NCBI GenBank assembly: GCA_020346605.1
Contig: CP070784.1
Span: 1,440,702-1,504,701, forward strand
Reading direction: 5' to 3'
Length of the DNA: 64,000 nucleotides
Source: Candidatus Bathyarchaeota archaeon
Lineage (GTDB): Archaea > Thermoproteota > Bathyarchaeia > TCS64
Shown: one piece after another, positions 27,034-35,716 of the stretch
How positions within the stretch are numbered: position 1 is the first letter of the stretch
Layout of the letters: every line of letters begins with the position of its first letter
Position numbers and translations under genes: made by a program
Notes under the pieces: model-generated
Told to the model about the DNA's origin: nothing
What the model saw: the letters and a program-made list of their open reading frames with translations, nothing else
Databases searched by the model: none

Positions 27034-27678
27034 CTAACCCTCACCCTCCCCGAAGCCCAGGAACGCTACTTCCCTTCCCGTCAGCATGCGCACACCGAGG
27101 ACGATGGCGCCGATGCAGACGCTAATGGAGAACATCCTGGACACGGCCATTCCGAATGTGTCAGTGAGGTAGACCGCCGCCCCCTCGATCCCGGGGAAGA
27201 CGGCTCCCGTCAGCGGTGCCTGGTATAGGAGGACTATGAATCCGGCGATAAGCAGCAGTGCTGCATGGGGGCTCCGGGCTCTGAAGGCCCTGGCCCCTGC
27301 CGAGGCCATGTAGAAGGCGAGGATTCCGTAGATGACCGAGCTAAGCGGTGTCACCACTGCCTTGAGGAGCCAGTCATAGGCCCCTGCGTGCTGGCCAAAG
27401 ACGAAGCCGCTGAGGGTCATGATCACCAGCAGTACGAGGAGGTAGATGTGGTAGACCCAGCCTTTCCTCTTTTCGTTGATGAATCGGCCGCTCCTCCTCA
27501 GCTGTGAGTAGACGGCGATGACGATGGTGAAGGCGTTGGTTACAGCAGCGATGGTCATCAGCTTGCCTGAGAACCAGTCCAAAGGTCCCCACGGGACGAA
27601 GTACGGTACGAAGACGAGCAGGAAGGATACTACCAGTACGGAGATCTGCGCGCTCCGACTTTTAAAGAACGAAGACAT
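27034..27678 (-). CDS. B2': polytopic membrane protein, paralog of 18751..19407
   Basis: Shares SAGARAFRAR with SAAYRAFRAR in B2. Similar helix pattern. ATG at 27678. Confidence 0.7.
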   Translation of the reverse strand: MSSFFKSRSAQISVLVVSFLLVFVPYFVPWGPLDWFSGKLMTIAAVTNAFTIVIAVYSQLRRSGRFINEKRKGWVYHIYLLVLLVIMTLSGFVFGQHAGAYDWLLKAVVTPLSSVIYGILAFYMASAGARAFRARSPHAALLLIAGFIVLLYQAPLTGAVFPGIEGAAVYLTDTFGMAVSRMFSISVCIGAIVLGVRMLTGREVAFLGFGEGEG

Positions 27679-27689
27679 CACATTTCACC

Positions 27690-28484
27690 TCAAGTCGATA
27701 GTAGCCTGTTGATGATGTCGCTGCCCAAGTTGATCGCCACGAGCCCGAGTAGGATCGCGCCGATGGCGATGAACTTGTAGATGTCCTGCACGCGGATGCT
27801 CGCAATCTGAGCGGGGTTCCTTGAGAGGTATGCTCCCGCTGCGGGTTGCTCCTCACCCAGCATGATGTAGTCAGAGGCACAGGCGAGGGCGGCCATGTTG
27901 GATGTGTAGCACCCGGCGGTGATGGTGATGGAGTCGACGGCGTTGGCCATCTCGGCGATGTTCATCGCCTCGGACCAGTGCGAGCCTGTCATGATGGTGG
28001 TGCCCGGCCTCTCCCTGACGAGGATGCCTACGTATCCTGGTGTGTAAGCGTACTGCTCACCGCTCAGGAAGGGCATGTCCTCCTCGGTAAACTGCTCGGG
28101 CTTGCCTGCGACAGTGTAGGCGTTCCTCACAAGGTCGACGGCCGCCTCACGGACGATGTAGGAGTCGCTACTTCCGCCAGTCGGGACGACGAGTCTCGTG
28201 TCCGTCTCTGCACAGATCTTCGCCACGTAGCCGAGTATGCTGAGTCCGGCGATGGTCCAGTAGCTGAACCCACCGCAGCCGAATGAGCAGACGACGGGCT
28301 TCCCCATCTCGGTTGCCCTGCCAACAGCGTCTTCTATGGCGTCGAGGGCTGGTACACGGCGGATGTATGGAGCTTTCCCGGCGCTCATGTAGTTTATGGC
28401 AAGTACGAATATCAGTATCAGTAGTATTAGACCTAAGAGTCTTCCTTCAGCTAAACCTGGTATTGTGAATAATGCATCTGGCAT
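27690..28484 (-). CDS. B1': bitopic membrane protein, paralog of 17959..18744
   Basis: Shares IRRVPALDAIEDAVGRATEMGKPVVCSFG with IRRVAGIDAIDEAIGRAVEMGRPIICSHG, plus RERPG..IM.G and GEE...AGAYL. Confidence 0.7.
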   Translation of the reverse strand: MPDALFTIPGLAEGRLLGLILLILIFVLAINYMSAGKAPYIRRVPALDAIEDAVGRATEMGKPVVCSFGCGGFSYWTIAGLSILGYVAKICAETDTRLVVPTGGSSDSYIVREAAVDLVRNAYTVAGKPEQFTEEDMPFLSGEQYAYTPGYVGILVRERPGTTIMTGSHWSEAMNIAEMANAVDSITITAGCYTSNMAALACASDYIMLGEEQPAAGAYLSRNPAQIASIRVQDIYKFIAIGAILLGLVAINLGSDIINRLLST

Positions 28485-28746
28485 TGTAATTCACTTTTTA
28501 CCCGAGAGCAATATGATGTGTATGATTATAATAGATTAACGGTCAGTACTTACATACAATTTTATAAAAAAATGTAAATTATCATGTGTTTCAAGAGGGA
28601 ATAAACAGATCTTATTAAGTTTGAAACAGATAAATGACGTATATGCGGTTAAAAAAGGGGAATAATTCTAAGGTATTATGTGTTTTTAAAACAGTACCAA
28701 TGAGAATTCGAAGTTTATCCTTTTATCGTTGCGGTCAAGTTAGTTC
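28485..28746. promoter_or_regulatory. AT-rich divergent promoter region (B1'-B4' operon on the minus strand, pcm on the plus strand)
   Basis: A 262-bp AT-rich gap with TATA-like TTTTATAAAAAAA and ATTATAATAGA elements. Confidence 0.45.
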
Positions 28747-29433
28747 TTGAGGCAGTTAACCGTGTCGGTCCCAGACCACGGGCGCTTAAGGGAGGAGATG
28801 GTCAGGCGCTACGTGAGACAGGGCCATCTCGTCTCGACGAAGCTCGCGGAGTCGATGAGGAGGGTCCCGAGGGAGCTCTTCGTGGAGGCCAAGTTCGCCC
28901 ACCTCGCCTACTCCGACAGGCCAATACCCATCCCCCACTCCACTGGCGACTGGACCCCGCAGGCGTCCCAGTACCCCCTCTTCTATGAACCCCTCGACAT
29001 CCGGCAGGGGGATGTCCTCCTGGAGGTGGGCACGGGCTCCGGGTACGGCGCAGCTCTTGCCCGAGAGATGGTGGGACCGGGCGGGAGGGTAGTCACCATG
29101 GAGGTCGACGGGGAGGCATACCGGTTCACCAGGAGGTGCCTCGCCGAGGCTGGTTACACGGACGTCGTCGTTGTCAACGAGGACGGGTACAATGGCTTCC
29201 CCGAATTGGCGCCCTTCGACAAGATCTGCGTCACCGTTGCCTGTGAGAACATCTCTGGCGATCTTCTTCAGCAGCTGGAAAGACCTGGCAGACTCATCGC
29301 TCCCATAGGGTCGTCGACAGGCATCCGAGGTCAGGGCCTGACCCTCTTCAAAAAGGACGAGGACGGTGAGGTGACCAAAGAGACACTGGGCACGGTTATC
29401 TGCAGCCCACTACTTGGACATGAACGCGGCTGA
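28747..29433 (+). CDS. pcm: protein-L-isoaspartate O-methyltransferase
   Basis: MRRVPRELFV, LEVGTGSGYGAA SAM-binding loop, GRLIAPIG. Start uncertain: TTG at 28747, GTG at 28762 or ATG at 28798. Confidence 0.85.
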   Translation: MRQLTVSVPDHGRLREEMVRRYVRQGHLVSTKLAESMRRVPRELFVEAKFAHLAYSDRPIPIPHSTGDWTPQASQYPLFYEPLDIRQGDVLLEVGTGSGYGAALAREMVGPGGRVVTMEVDGEAYRFTRRCLAEAGYTDVVVVNEDGYNGFPELAPFDKICVTVACENISGDLLQQLERPGRLIAPIGSSTGIRGQGLTLFKKDEDGEVTKETLGTVICSPLLGHERG

Positions 29434-29449
29434 GCTCCCGTGTCCAGTC

Positions 29450-30211
29450 TCACCCTGTCCTTCTCTTGAAGATATCGAAGATGCCCCTCTTCTTTCCCGC
29501 CGCTCTCTCGGCAGCCGCAGCTACCTGCTCCATGCCTCGAAGGATGGAGGAGACGTCGACGTCGAGCCCAACGGTGCTGTTCAGAACCTCCACGATCGAG
29601 GTGACCCCCCGCCAGTTCGTCGCGCTTATTCTCCTCGTCGGGGCGAGGAGTCCCGTGAAGGTAACGCCCTTCCTCTGGCAGAGTTCAAGGAACGCTGCGT
29701 TCATGCCGGTTACGGCTCCGCTGGTGAGGGGGAGTACTCCCAGTCTGCCCAGCTCCGCGAGCTTCATCTGGTCGGTGGAGAATCCGACGACGCTGCCCTC
29801 CAATGTCTCGTCGGGCATGGGGAGGCCGTCCGTGGTCACGATCTCCTTGACGTTCCTCTGGACGAGCCAGTCCATCAGCCCCCTGATTACAGTCCTGTGA
29901 TGCTCCATGGGGATCGGCTGGTTGTCGACGACCACAAGTAGGTCGCGGTCCTCGTTCCCGTGGATCCTGAAGGGGGGCCTCATATCGGTCCCCATGACAA
30001 CGAACATAGGGGGGATTAGCTCGGATTCAATGTGGCCCAGCACCCTCATTCTGAGTGCGTCGGATATGAGCATGGCCGTCGTCTCACCAACGAAGCCTGG
30101 ACCGGGGAAGCCCGTGATCACCGTGGGCTCCTCGATCTCTATCGTCTCCTCTTCTATCACCTTCACTGTGTTGCTCAATTTATGCTCTCTCCGTGGCCAT
30201 CTGGCCCCCAA
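29450..30211 (-). CDS. PAC2-family proteasome assembly chaperone
   Basis: PTVITGFPGPGFVGETTA near the N-terminus and overall COG1938-like layout. Only TTG or GTG starts are available, so the start is uncertain. Confidence 0.7.
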   Translation of the reverse strand: MGARWPRREHKLSNTVKVIEEETIEIEEPTVITGFPGPGFVGETTAMLISDALRMRVLGHIESELIPPMFVVMGTDMRPPFRIHGNEDRDLLVVVDNQPIPMEHHRTVIRGLMDWLVQRNVKEIVTTDGLPMPDETLEGSVVGFSTDQMKLAELGRLGVLPLTSGAVTGMNAAFLELCQRKGVTFTGLLAPTRRISATNWRGVTSIVEVLNSTVGLDVDVSSILRGMEQVAAAAERAAGKKRGIFDIFKRRTG

Positions 30212-30277
30212 TTACTGGGTCGGATAACCGTTTAAGTCTTGATAAAATCTGGTCTATAAAACCAGCGTCTACAACGG

Positions 30278-30649
30278 CTAATCGGGCATTTCTGAGTTAT
30301 CCTCGGTGACTTCGCTGGCCCTTTCATCCCCAGATTCGACAGGAACGTCCCTCTGTTCTCCGAACAACTCCTTTGAGACCTGCCTGCTCAGCCTTCTCTT
30401 TGTGGCGTACGACACGTATCCGACGACCACAGCTACCAAGTTTAATGCGACGAGAAGCTGCAGGTATGTGTCGCCAATGTAGCCCATCATGAAGACGAGG
30501 TCGACCAGGATTGTCCCCACCATGATGAAGTCGAAAACGGCGAATATGAGGCGCAGATTCGGGGTCAACCTCTCCTTAAGGGCAGCCCGGAACTCCTCTT
30601 TCCTCTCTTTGATCTCATCTTCAGTCGGGCTCATGGCTTGTGCACACAT
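30278..30649 (-). CDS. small two-helix membrane protein, hypothetical
   Basis: Two hydrophobic helices (LRLIFAVFDFIMVGTILVDLVFMMGYI and LLVALNLVAVVVGYVSY). Its ATG overlaps the TAA of the upstream A0' gene (TAATG). Confidence 0.55.
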   Translation of the reverse strand: MCAQAMSPTEDEIKERKEEFRAALKERLTPNLRLIFAVFDFIMVGTILVDLVFMMGYIGDTYLQLLVALNLVAVVVGYVSYATKRRLSRQVSKELFGEQRDVPVESGDERASEVTEDNSEMPD

Positions 30650-31011
30650 TATTTCTTTTGACGATCTTTTTCGTCCTTCTTTTTCTTCTTAGTTTCTTTC
30701 TGCTTCTTCCTCTTCTCCATCTCAAGCTCGTCTATCCTGTCCAAAAGGCGGTTGAGGTTCTCCCTTCTCCTGAAGAGGGCCGTGACCTTCTCCACCCCGA
30801 AGAACTCGAGGTAGGGTCCAAGGAGGGTCATCCCCAGGTCGGCTCCCAGCTTCGAGATCGGGCTTATCGTCTCAAGGGTGAGCTGGGCCATGAGCCCCAT
30901 CTTGCGCTTGACAATGTTCTGGGCCAGCTTCTCGATCAGCTCGTCCTCCTCCTCCGGCGGCAGGTCGTCCCAGAGGTTCCATGCAGGTTTCGTGGGGTCT
31001 TTTATACTCAT
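30649..31011 (-). CDS. A0': small conserved protein with a poly-Lys tail, paralog of 14238..14606
   Basis: See A0. The C-terminus is EMEKRKKQKETKKKKKDEKDRQKK. It is transcribed divergently from A1'. Confidence 0.65.
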   Translation of the reverse strand: MSIKDPTKPAWNLWDDLPPEEEDELIEKLAQNIVKRKMGLMAQLTLETISPISKLGADLGMTLLGPYLEFFGVEKVTALFRRRENLNRLLDRIDELEMEKRKKQKETKKKKKDEKDRQKK

Positions 31012-31201
31012 CCCTTCACCCGTTTAAACTCGGCTTATGTTGCCTATTAAACCTAATCGAGGGGAAGGTCGACTGTAATTTTTGATTATCGGTCGTGTCT
31101 CAATTCTAGTTAAATAATCCGCATAATTTTGCCTAAAAAGGGAAATCCTTTTGACGATCCGTTTCATTCTTCAAGGGAACGCGGATGGGTGCGGATCTCG
31201 A

Positions 31202-33040
31202 ATGACACAGATAAAGCCTATCGGAGAGATGGAGTACATCCTCGCAACCGACGTAGGGAGCACCACCACGAAGGCCCGGTTCTTCATGAAGAGGGAGAAC
31301 GGCGAGTGGAGGTTCGTGGTCGCAGGTGAGACGCCGACGACCGTGGAGGCGCCTTACGAGGACGTCACCATGGGAGTCAAGAACGCCGTGAGAGAGGTCG
31401 AGGAGCTGACGGGCCATCGTATCCTCGCTGAGGACGGCGAAGGTATAATCACACCCTTCGACGGCGAGAGGGGGGTCGACCTCTACTGTACTACGAGCAG
31501 TGCAGGGGGCGGGCTGCAGATGATGGTCACAGGTGTTATCAAGAGGATGACAGGTGAGAGCGCGGAGAGGTCCGCCCTCGGAGCGGGGGCCATCGTCATG
31601 GAGATCTTCGCCACAAACGACAAGAGGCCCATCCACAGGAAGATCCAGCAGATCAGGAACCTGAGACCCGACATGATCCTCATGGCCGGGGGGACGGACG
31701 GAGGCACCATCAGCCACGTCGTCAACATGGCCGAGCTGATAAAGTCGGCCGACCCGAAGCCCCGGCTGGGGTCAATGTATAGTCTGCCCATCGTCTACGC
31801 AGGGAACCAGAACGCGACGGATCACATCCAGAAGCTCCTCGCCGACGAGTTCGCACTGAGCTGCATCGAGAACATCCGCCCCGTACTGGAGGTGGAGAAC
31901 ACTGAGCCCGCTAGGCGGGCCATCCACGAGCTGTTCATGGAGCACGTGATGAGCCACGCCCCCGGCTACGACAAGCTGATGAAGTGGACCGACGTCGACA
32001 TCATGCCGACCCCGGCCGGCGAGGGGATGGCGATGCAGCTCATCGCAGATCGCTTCAATAGGAACGTCCTAGGGGTTGGCCTGGGAGGGGCGACGACCAA
32101 CATCTACTCAATATTCGACAAGAGGTTCGTCAGGAGCGTCAGCGCCAACTTGGGTATGAGCTACAGCATCTGCAACGTGCTCAAGGAGACGGGCCTGGAG
32201 AACATCATGAGGTGGCTCCCCTTCGACATCGACCCGAGCGACGTCAGGAACAGGCTGAGGAACAAGATGATCCGGCCGACCACGATCCCGCAGACATTAC
32301 AGGAGCTCATAGTGGAGCACGCGGTGGCCAGGGAGGCCCTGCGCCTTGGTCTCGTCCACCACAGGTCCATCGCCACCACGCTGAAGGGCGTGAGGCAGGA
32401 CGTGGCATTCCTCAGGGGGATAACCACCCAGGCGATCGTCGAGTCCTACATCGACATGATGAAGATCGACATAGTCGCAGGCACAGGGGGCCTCCTGTCC
32501 CACGCGCCGAGGAGGGTGCAGTCGCTGATGATCCTGAACGACGCCTTCCAAACCGAGGGGGTGACGATGATGTTCCAGGATAGCGTCTTCATGATGCCCC
32601 ACCTGGGGGTCGTCTCCACGGTGCACAGGGACGCAGCATGGCAGATCTTCGACCTCGACTGCTTAGTGAGGCTCGGCACGATCGTGGCCCCGAGGGGGGA
32701 GACGGACCCCAGCGAGGCCGCCTTGGACGTGACCCTGGAGATGCCCAGGGGCGAGACACTCAAGGAGAGCCTGAAGGGGGGCGAGGTGAAGATGATCACC
32801 CTCCCAGAGCGCCAGGTGGCCCAGGCAATTATCCATCCCGGAAGGAACCTGGATGTCGGCGCAGGACCAGGCCAGGAGCTCAAGACGTCGCTCGAGGGCG
32901 GCGTCGTTGGATTAATGTTGGACACCCGGGGCAGGCCACTGGTGCTCCCGGAAGAGTTCGATGCCAGGAAGTCGGCGCTCTTAAGGTGGATCACCTCATT
33001 GGAGATGTACCCAGAGAAGAGGCTAACGGAGCTGTCCTAG
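31202..33040 (+). CDS. A1': double ASKHA ATPase, GlmL/MutL-like, paralog of 14722..16548
   Basis: Same motifs: ILATDVGSTTTKA, LMAGGTDGG, GVGLGGATTNIYS, IVAGTGGLLSHAP. Most aligned positions are identical to A1 by eye. The start is ATG at 31202 or 31229; the track uses TTG at 31151. Confidence 0.8.
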   Translation: MTQIKPIGEMEYILATDVGSTTTKARFFMKRENGEWRFVVAGETPTTVEAPYEDVTMGVKNAVREVEELTGHRILAEDGEGIITPFDGERGVDLYCTTSSAGGGLQMMVTGVIKRMTGESAERSALGAGAIVMEIFATNDKRPIHRKIQQIRNLRPDMILMAGGTDGGTISHVVNMAELIKSADPKPRLGSMYSLPIVYAGNQNATDHIQKLLADEFALSCIENIRPVLEVENTEPARRAIHELFMEHVMSHAPGYDKLMKWTDVDIMPTPAGEGMAMQLIADRFNRNVLGVGLGGATTNIYSIFDKRFVRSVSANLGMSYSICNVLKETGLENIMRWLPFDIDPSDVRNRLRNKMIRPTTIPQTLQELIVEHAVAREALRLGLVHHRSIATTLKGVRQDVAFLRGITTQAIVESYIDMMKIDIVAGTGGLLSHAPRRVQSLMILNDAFQTEGVTMMFQDSVFMMPHLGVVSTVHRDAAWQIFDLDCLVRLGTIVAPRGETDPSEAALDVTLEMPRGETLKESLKGGEVKMITLPERQVAQAIIHPGRNLDVGAGPGQELKTSLEGGVVGLMLDTRGRPLVLPEEFDARKSALLRWITSLEMYPEKRLTELS

Positions 33041-34195
33041 ATGTCAGAGAACAATGACGTAAAAGTGGCCAAGGAAGCCCACGCCTACACGCCCGGCCTA
33101 AAGATCATGAGGATCCTCAGGATAAGGAAGCTCAGAAGGCTCCCGATACCCGGGAAGGTCCTAGTCAATGTCGGCGACGAGGTCGACTTCACGACCCCCG
33201 TAGCGGAGGCGATGATACCCGGCGAACCCCACGTCGTGAACGCCGTTGCACAGCTGGGTGTAGAGCGGGTAGCCCTCGAGGAGTACCTGAAAGTCAAGGT
33301 CGGCGACAAAGTGAAGGAGGGCCAGGACATAGCGGGTTTTAACGCCCTCTTCGGGCTCTGGAAGAACTGGGTGAAGTCCCCCGTTGACGGTGAAGTCGAA
33401 ACGATCTCCACAGTTAGCGGTCAGATAATCATTAGAGAGGAGCCGGTGCCGGTGACCGTGGACTCCTTCATAAAAGGGAGGGTGACCGAGATCATGGCGG
33501 ACGAAGGCGCCTACATCGAGACTGACGCGGCTTACATCCAGGGCATCTTCGGCGTGGGCGGTGAAGCTCATGGCGAGATAAAGATAATCTCCGAAGATGT
33601 CGCCGAGCCCATAACTGACGCGCACATCACCGAGGATTGCAGGGGTAAGATCCTCGTCGGCGGCTCAATTATCACGAGGGAGGCCCTTCACAAGGCGGTG
33701 ACGACGGGTGTCGCGGGGATAATGACCGGTGGCATCATCGACGTCGACCTTGAGGACCTGCTGGGATACGAGATAGGCGTCGCCATCACCGGTCAAGAGG
33801 AGGTGGGCTTCACGCTGATGATCACTGAGGGCTTCGGCGAGATGGCGATGAACCCCAGGACCATCAGCCTGCTCAAGGAGTTCGAGGGGGAGAGGGCCGC
33901 CATCAACGGGGCCACCCAGATAAGGGCGGGGGTGCTCAGGCCCGAGATAATCATACCCCACAGCATGGAGATACAGGCAGAGGACGATGACGCCCTGGCC
34001 AGCGGCATGAAGCCGGGTACCAAGGTGAGGATAATCAGGGAGCCCTACTTCGGGGCCCTGGGGGCGGTGGTCAGCCTGCCCGTGGAGCTCCAGGAGGTCG
34101 AGTCCGAGTCCTCAGTGAGGGTCATAGAGATCGAGCTGGAGGACGGCAGCAGGGTCGTCGTCCCCAGGGCAAACGTGGAGATTATAGAGACTTAG
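33041..34195 (+). CDS. A2': barrel-sandwich-hybrid protein, paralog of 16550..17701
   Basis: The ATG immediately follows the TAG of A1'. Shares EAHAYTPGLK, RRLPIPGKVLV.VGDEVD, IQGIFG.GGE.HG, GVAITG.EEVG.TL..TEGFG and VPRANVEIIE with A2. Confidence 0.7.
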   Translation: MSENNDVKVAKEAHAYTPGLKIMRILRIRKLRRLPIPGKVLVNVGDEVDFTTPVAEAMIPGEPHVVNAVAQLGVERVALEEYLKVKVGDKVKEGQDIAGFNALFGLWKNWVKSPVDGEVETISTVSGQIIIREEPVPVTVDSFIKGRVTEIMADEGAYIETDAAYIQGIFGVGGEAHGEIKIISEDVAEPITDAHITEDCRGKILVGGSIITREALHKAVTTGVAGIMTGGIIDVDLEDLLGYEIGVAITGQEEVGFTLMITEGFGEMAMNPRTISLLKEFEGERAAINGATQIRAGVLRPEIIIPHSMEIQAEDDDALASGMKPGTKVRIIREPYFGALGAVVSLPVELQEVESESSVRVIEIELEDGSRVVVPRANVEIIET

Positions 34196-34241
34196 ACCCA
34201 TCCCTTTCTCTGTAATTTTTTAAAAAAGGAGTTCCGTTAAT
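34196..34241. terminator. bidirectional T/A-rich terminator between convergent genes
   Basis: CCCTTTCTCTGTAATTTTTTAAAAAAGG lies between the A2' stop and the creatininase stop. Confidence 0.4.
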
Positions 34242-35021
34242 TTACTTGTGGGGCTTGCTCAGGAGGGAGCCCAGGTCCGCCCCCTTCAGCTCCTCAACGA
34301 ACTTGGCGACTGCCTCGATGTAGGGCTCCATCAGCTCCTTCCCCAGCTTCTCCGTGGCTTTGGTGGACTCCACGACGGTCCCGGCGGGGCCGAGGACGCC
34401 CGTCTCCGTGAGGTCGATGGTGTCCCAGGGGAACTGGGCCGGGCCTATGCTGTTGAAGCCCTTGATCTCCAGGGGGCCCAGCCTCTCCTTCTGCTTCGTG
34501 TCGACAGCCCTCTCCATCTTGACCAATTGCCTGTGGAAGTAGAGGTTCACGCTGGTCTCGCCGGTCCCGGCGTGCCCGCTTCCCATCGCCATCATCGCCG
34601 GCGGGAAGGCCATCATGACCGCGGCGAAGACGCCGTGCTCTCTCCTGAGTTCGCCCGCTACTTCAACAAGCGCGGCCGTGTTGCCGCCGTGCCCGTTCAC
34701 GATGAGTATCTTCTTTATCCCGTGGCTAGCCACCGCCAGTGCCGTTGCCTTCACGTAGTCCCTGAAGATCCTGGGCGGGACCCAGAGGGTGCCCGGGAAC
34801 TGCCTGTGGTGCTCAGAGACCCCCACAGGGATGACGGGGAGGACGGCGACGTTGGCCCTCTCGCCCACGTTCTTGCTCAGGGCCTCAGCGACGAGGTGGT
34901 CCGTCCCGAGAGGGTTGTGGGGTCCGTGCTGCTCCGTGCTGCCGACGGGGAGGATCGCCACGTCGGTCTCCTCGAAGAGCTCCTTGGCGTCGCTCCAGCT
35001 TATCTCGGGTAATCTTACCAT
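34242..35021 (-). CDS. creatininase-family amidohydrolase (paralog 1 of 3)
   Basis: VAILPVGSTEQHGPHNPLGTDHLVAEAL is the creatininase-family metal-binding signature. Confidence 0.85.
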   Translation of the reverse strand: MVRLPEISWSDAKELFEETDVAILPVGSTEQHGPHNPLGTDHLVAEALSKNVGERANVAVLPVIPVGVSEHHRQFPGTLWVPPRIFRDYVKATALAVASHGIKKILIVNGHGGNTAALVEVAGELRREHGVFAAVMMAFPPAMMAMGSGHAGTGETSVNLYFHRQLVKMERAVDTKQKERLGPLEIKGFNSIGPAQFPWDTIDLTETGVLGPAGTVVESTKATEKLGKELMEPYIEAVAKFVEELKGADLGSLLSKPHK

Positions 35022-35062
35022 ATCAACATCTGCGGAGTATCTCGAAACGCAGTCTTTAATGT

Positions 35063-35716
35063 TTACGTGAGTCTCTCTCGTAGTTTGAGACGCTCGAGAA
35101 GGGTTATCCCCCGACCCTCCGCGCTCGTCTCTCCCCTCCTCAGCGCCCGCAGGACACCCTCTCGATCCCTTGAGTCGGATTCGAGGACTGTGTAGGCTCG
35201 CCCCATGGTCCTAGGGATGTGGGCGTCGCTCCCTCCCGTCTCGGGTAGACCGAGCTTCTGAGCGAGGGCCGTGTTCTTGCTGAGCATCCATCCATACGGG
35301 AACTGGGCTGCGTTAGCGACCTCGACGCAGTCGAACTTCGATTGCTCTATCTCACGGCTGTTCACCCAGGCCTTGAAGACAGAGTATGGGTGGGCGATAA
35401 CTGCGATGCCTCCCTGACCGTGGATCAGATCCACTGTCTCGAGAATGGGTAGTTGGGCTGGGATCTGTTCCTCGATGTCGAACGCCAGGATGTGGGCTCC
35501 GTCAGCTGAGGCCTCCATCCCTGGAATGATGATAATGTTGCTGTTCTCGGAGAACTCGCTAGGTATCTTGGTCAGTTCGTCGTGATCGGTCACCGCGAAG
35601 CCGTCCAGCCCCTCCTCCCTGCACCTGCGGACGGCGTCTCCCAGCTCAATCGAGCTGTCGATGCTTTTAATGGTGTGGATGTGGAGGTCCAGACGGAGCC
35701 GCATCGCCAGTCCCAC
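35063..35716 (-). CDS. PHP-domain phosphoesterase
   Basis: LDLHIHTIKS N-terminal His motif, VTDHD, IAHP, GGSDAHIP. It abuts the metG stop. Confidence 0.8.
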   Translation of the reverse strand: MGLAMRLRLDLHIHTIKSIDSSIELGDAVRRCREEGLDGFAVTDHDELTKIPSEFSENSNIIIIPGMEASADGAHILAFDIEEQIPAQLPILETVDLIHGQGGIAVIAHPYSVFKAWVNSREIEQSKFDCVEVANAAQFPYGWMLSKNTALAQKLGLPETGGSDAHIPRTMGRAYTVLESDSRDREGVLRALRRGETSAEGRGITLLERLKLRERLT

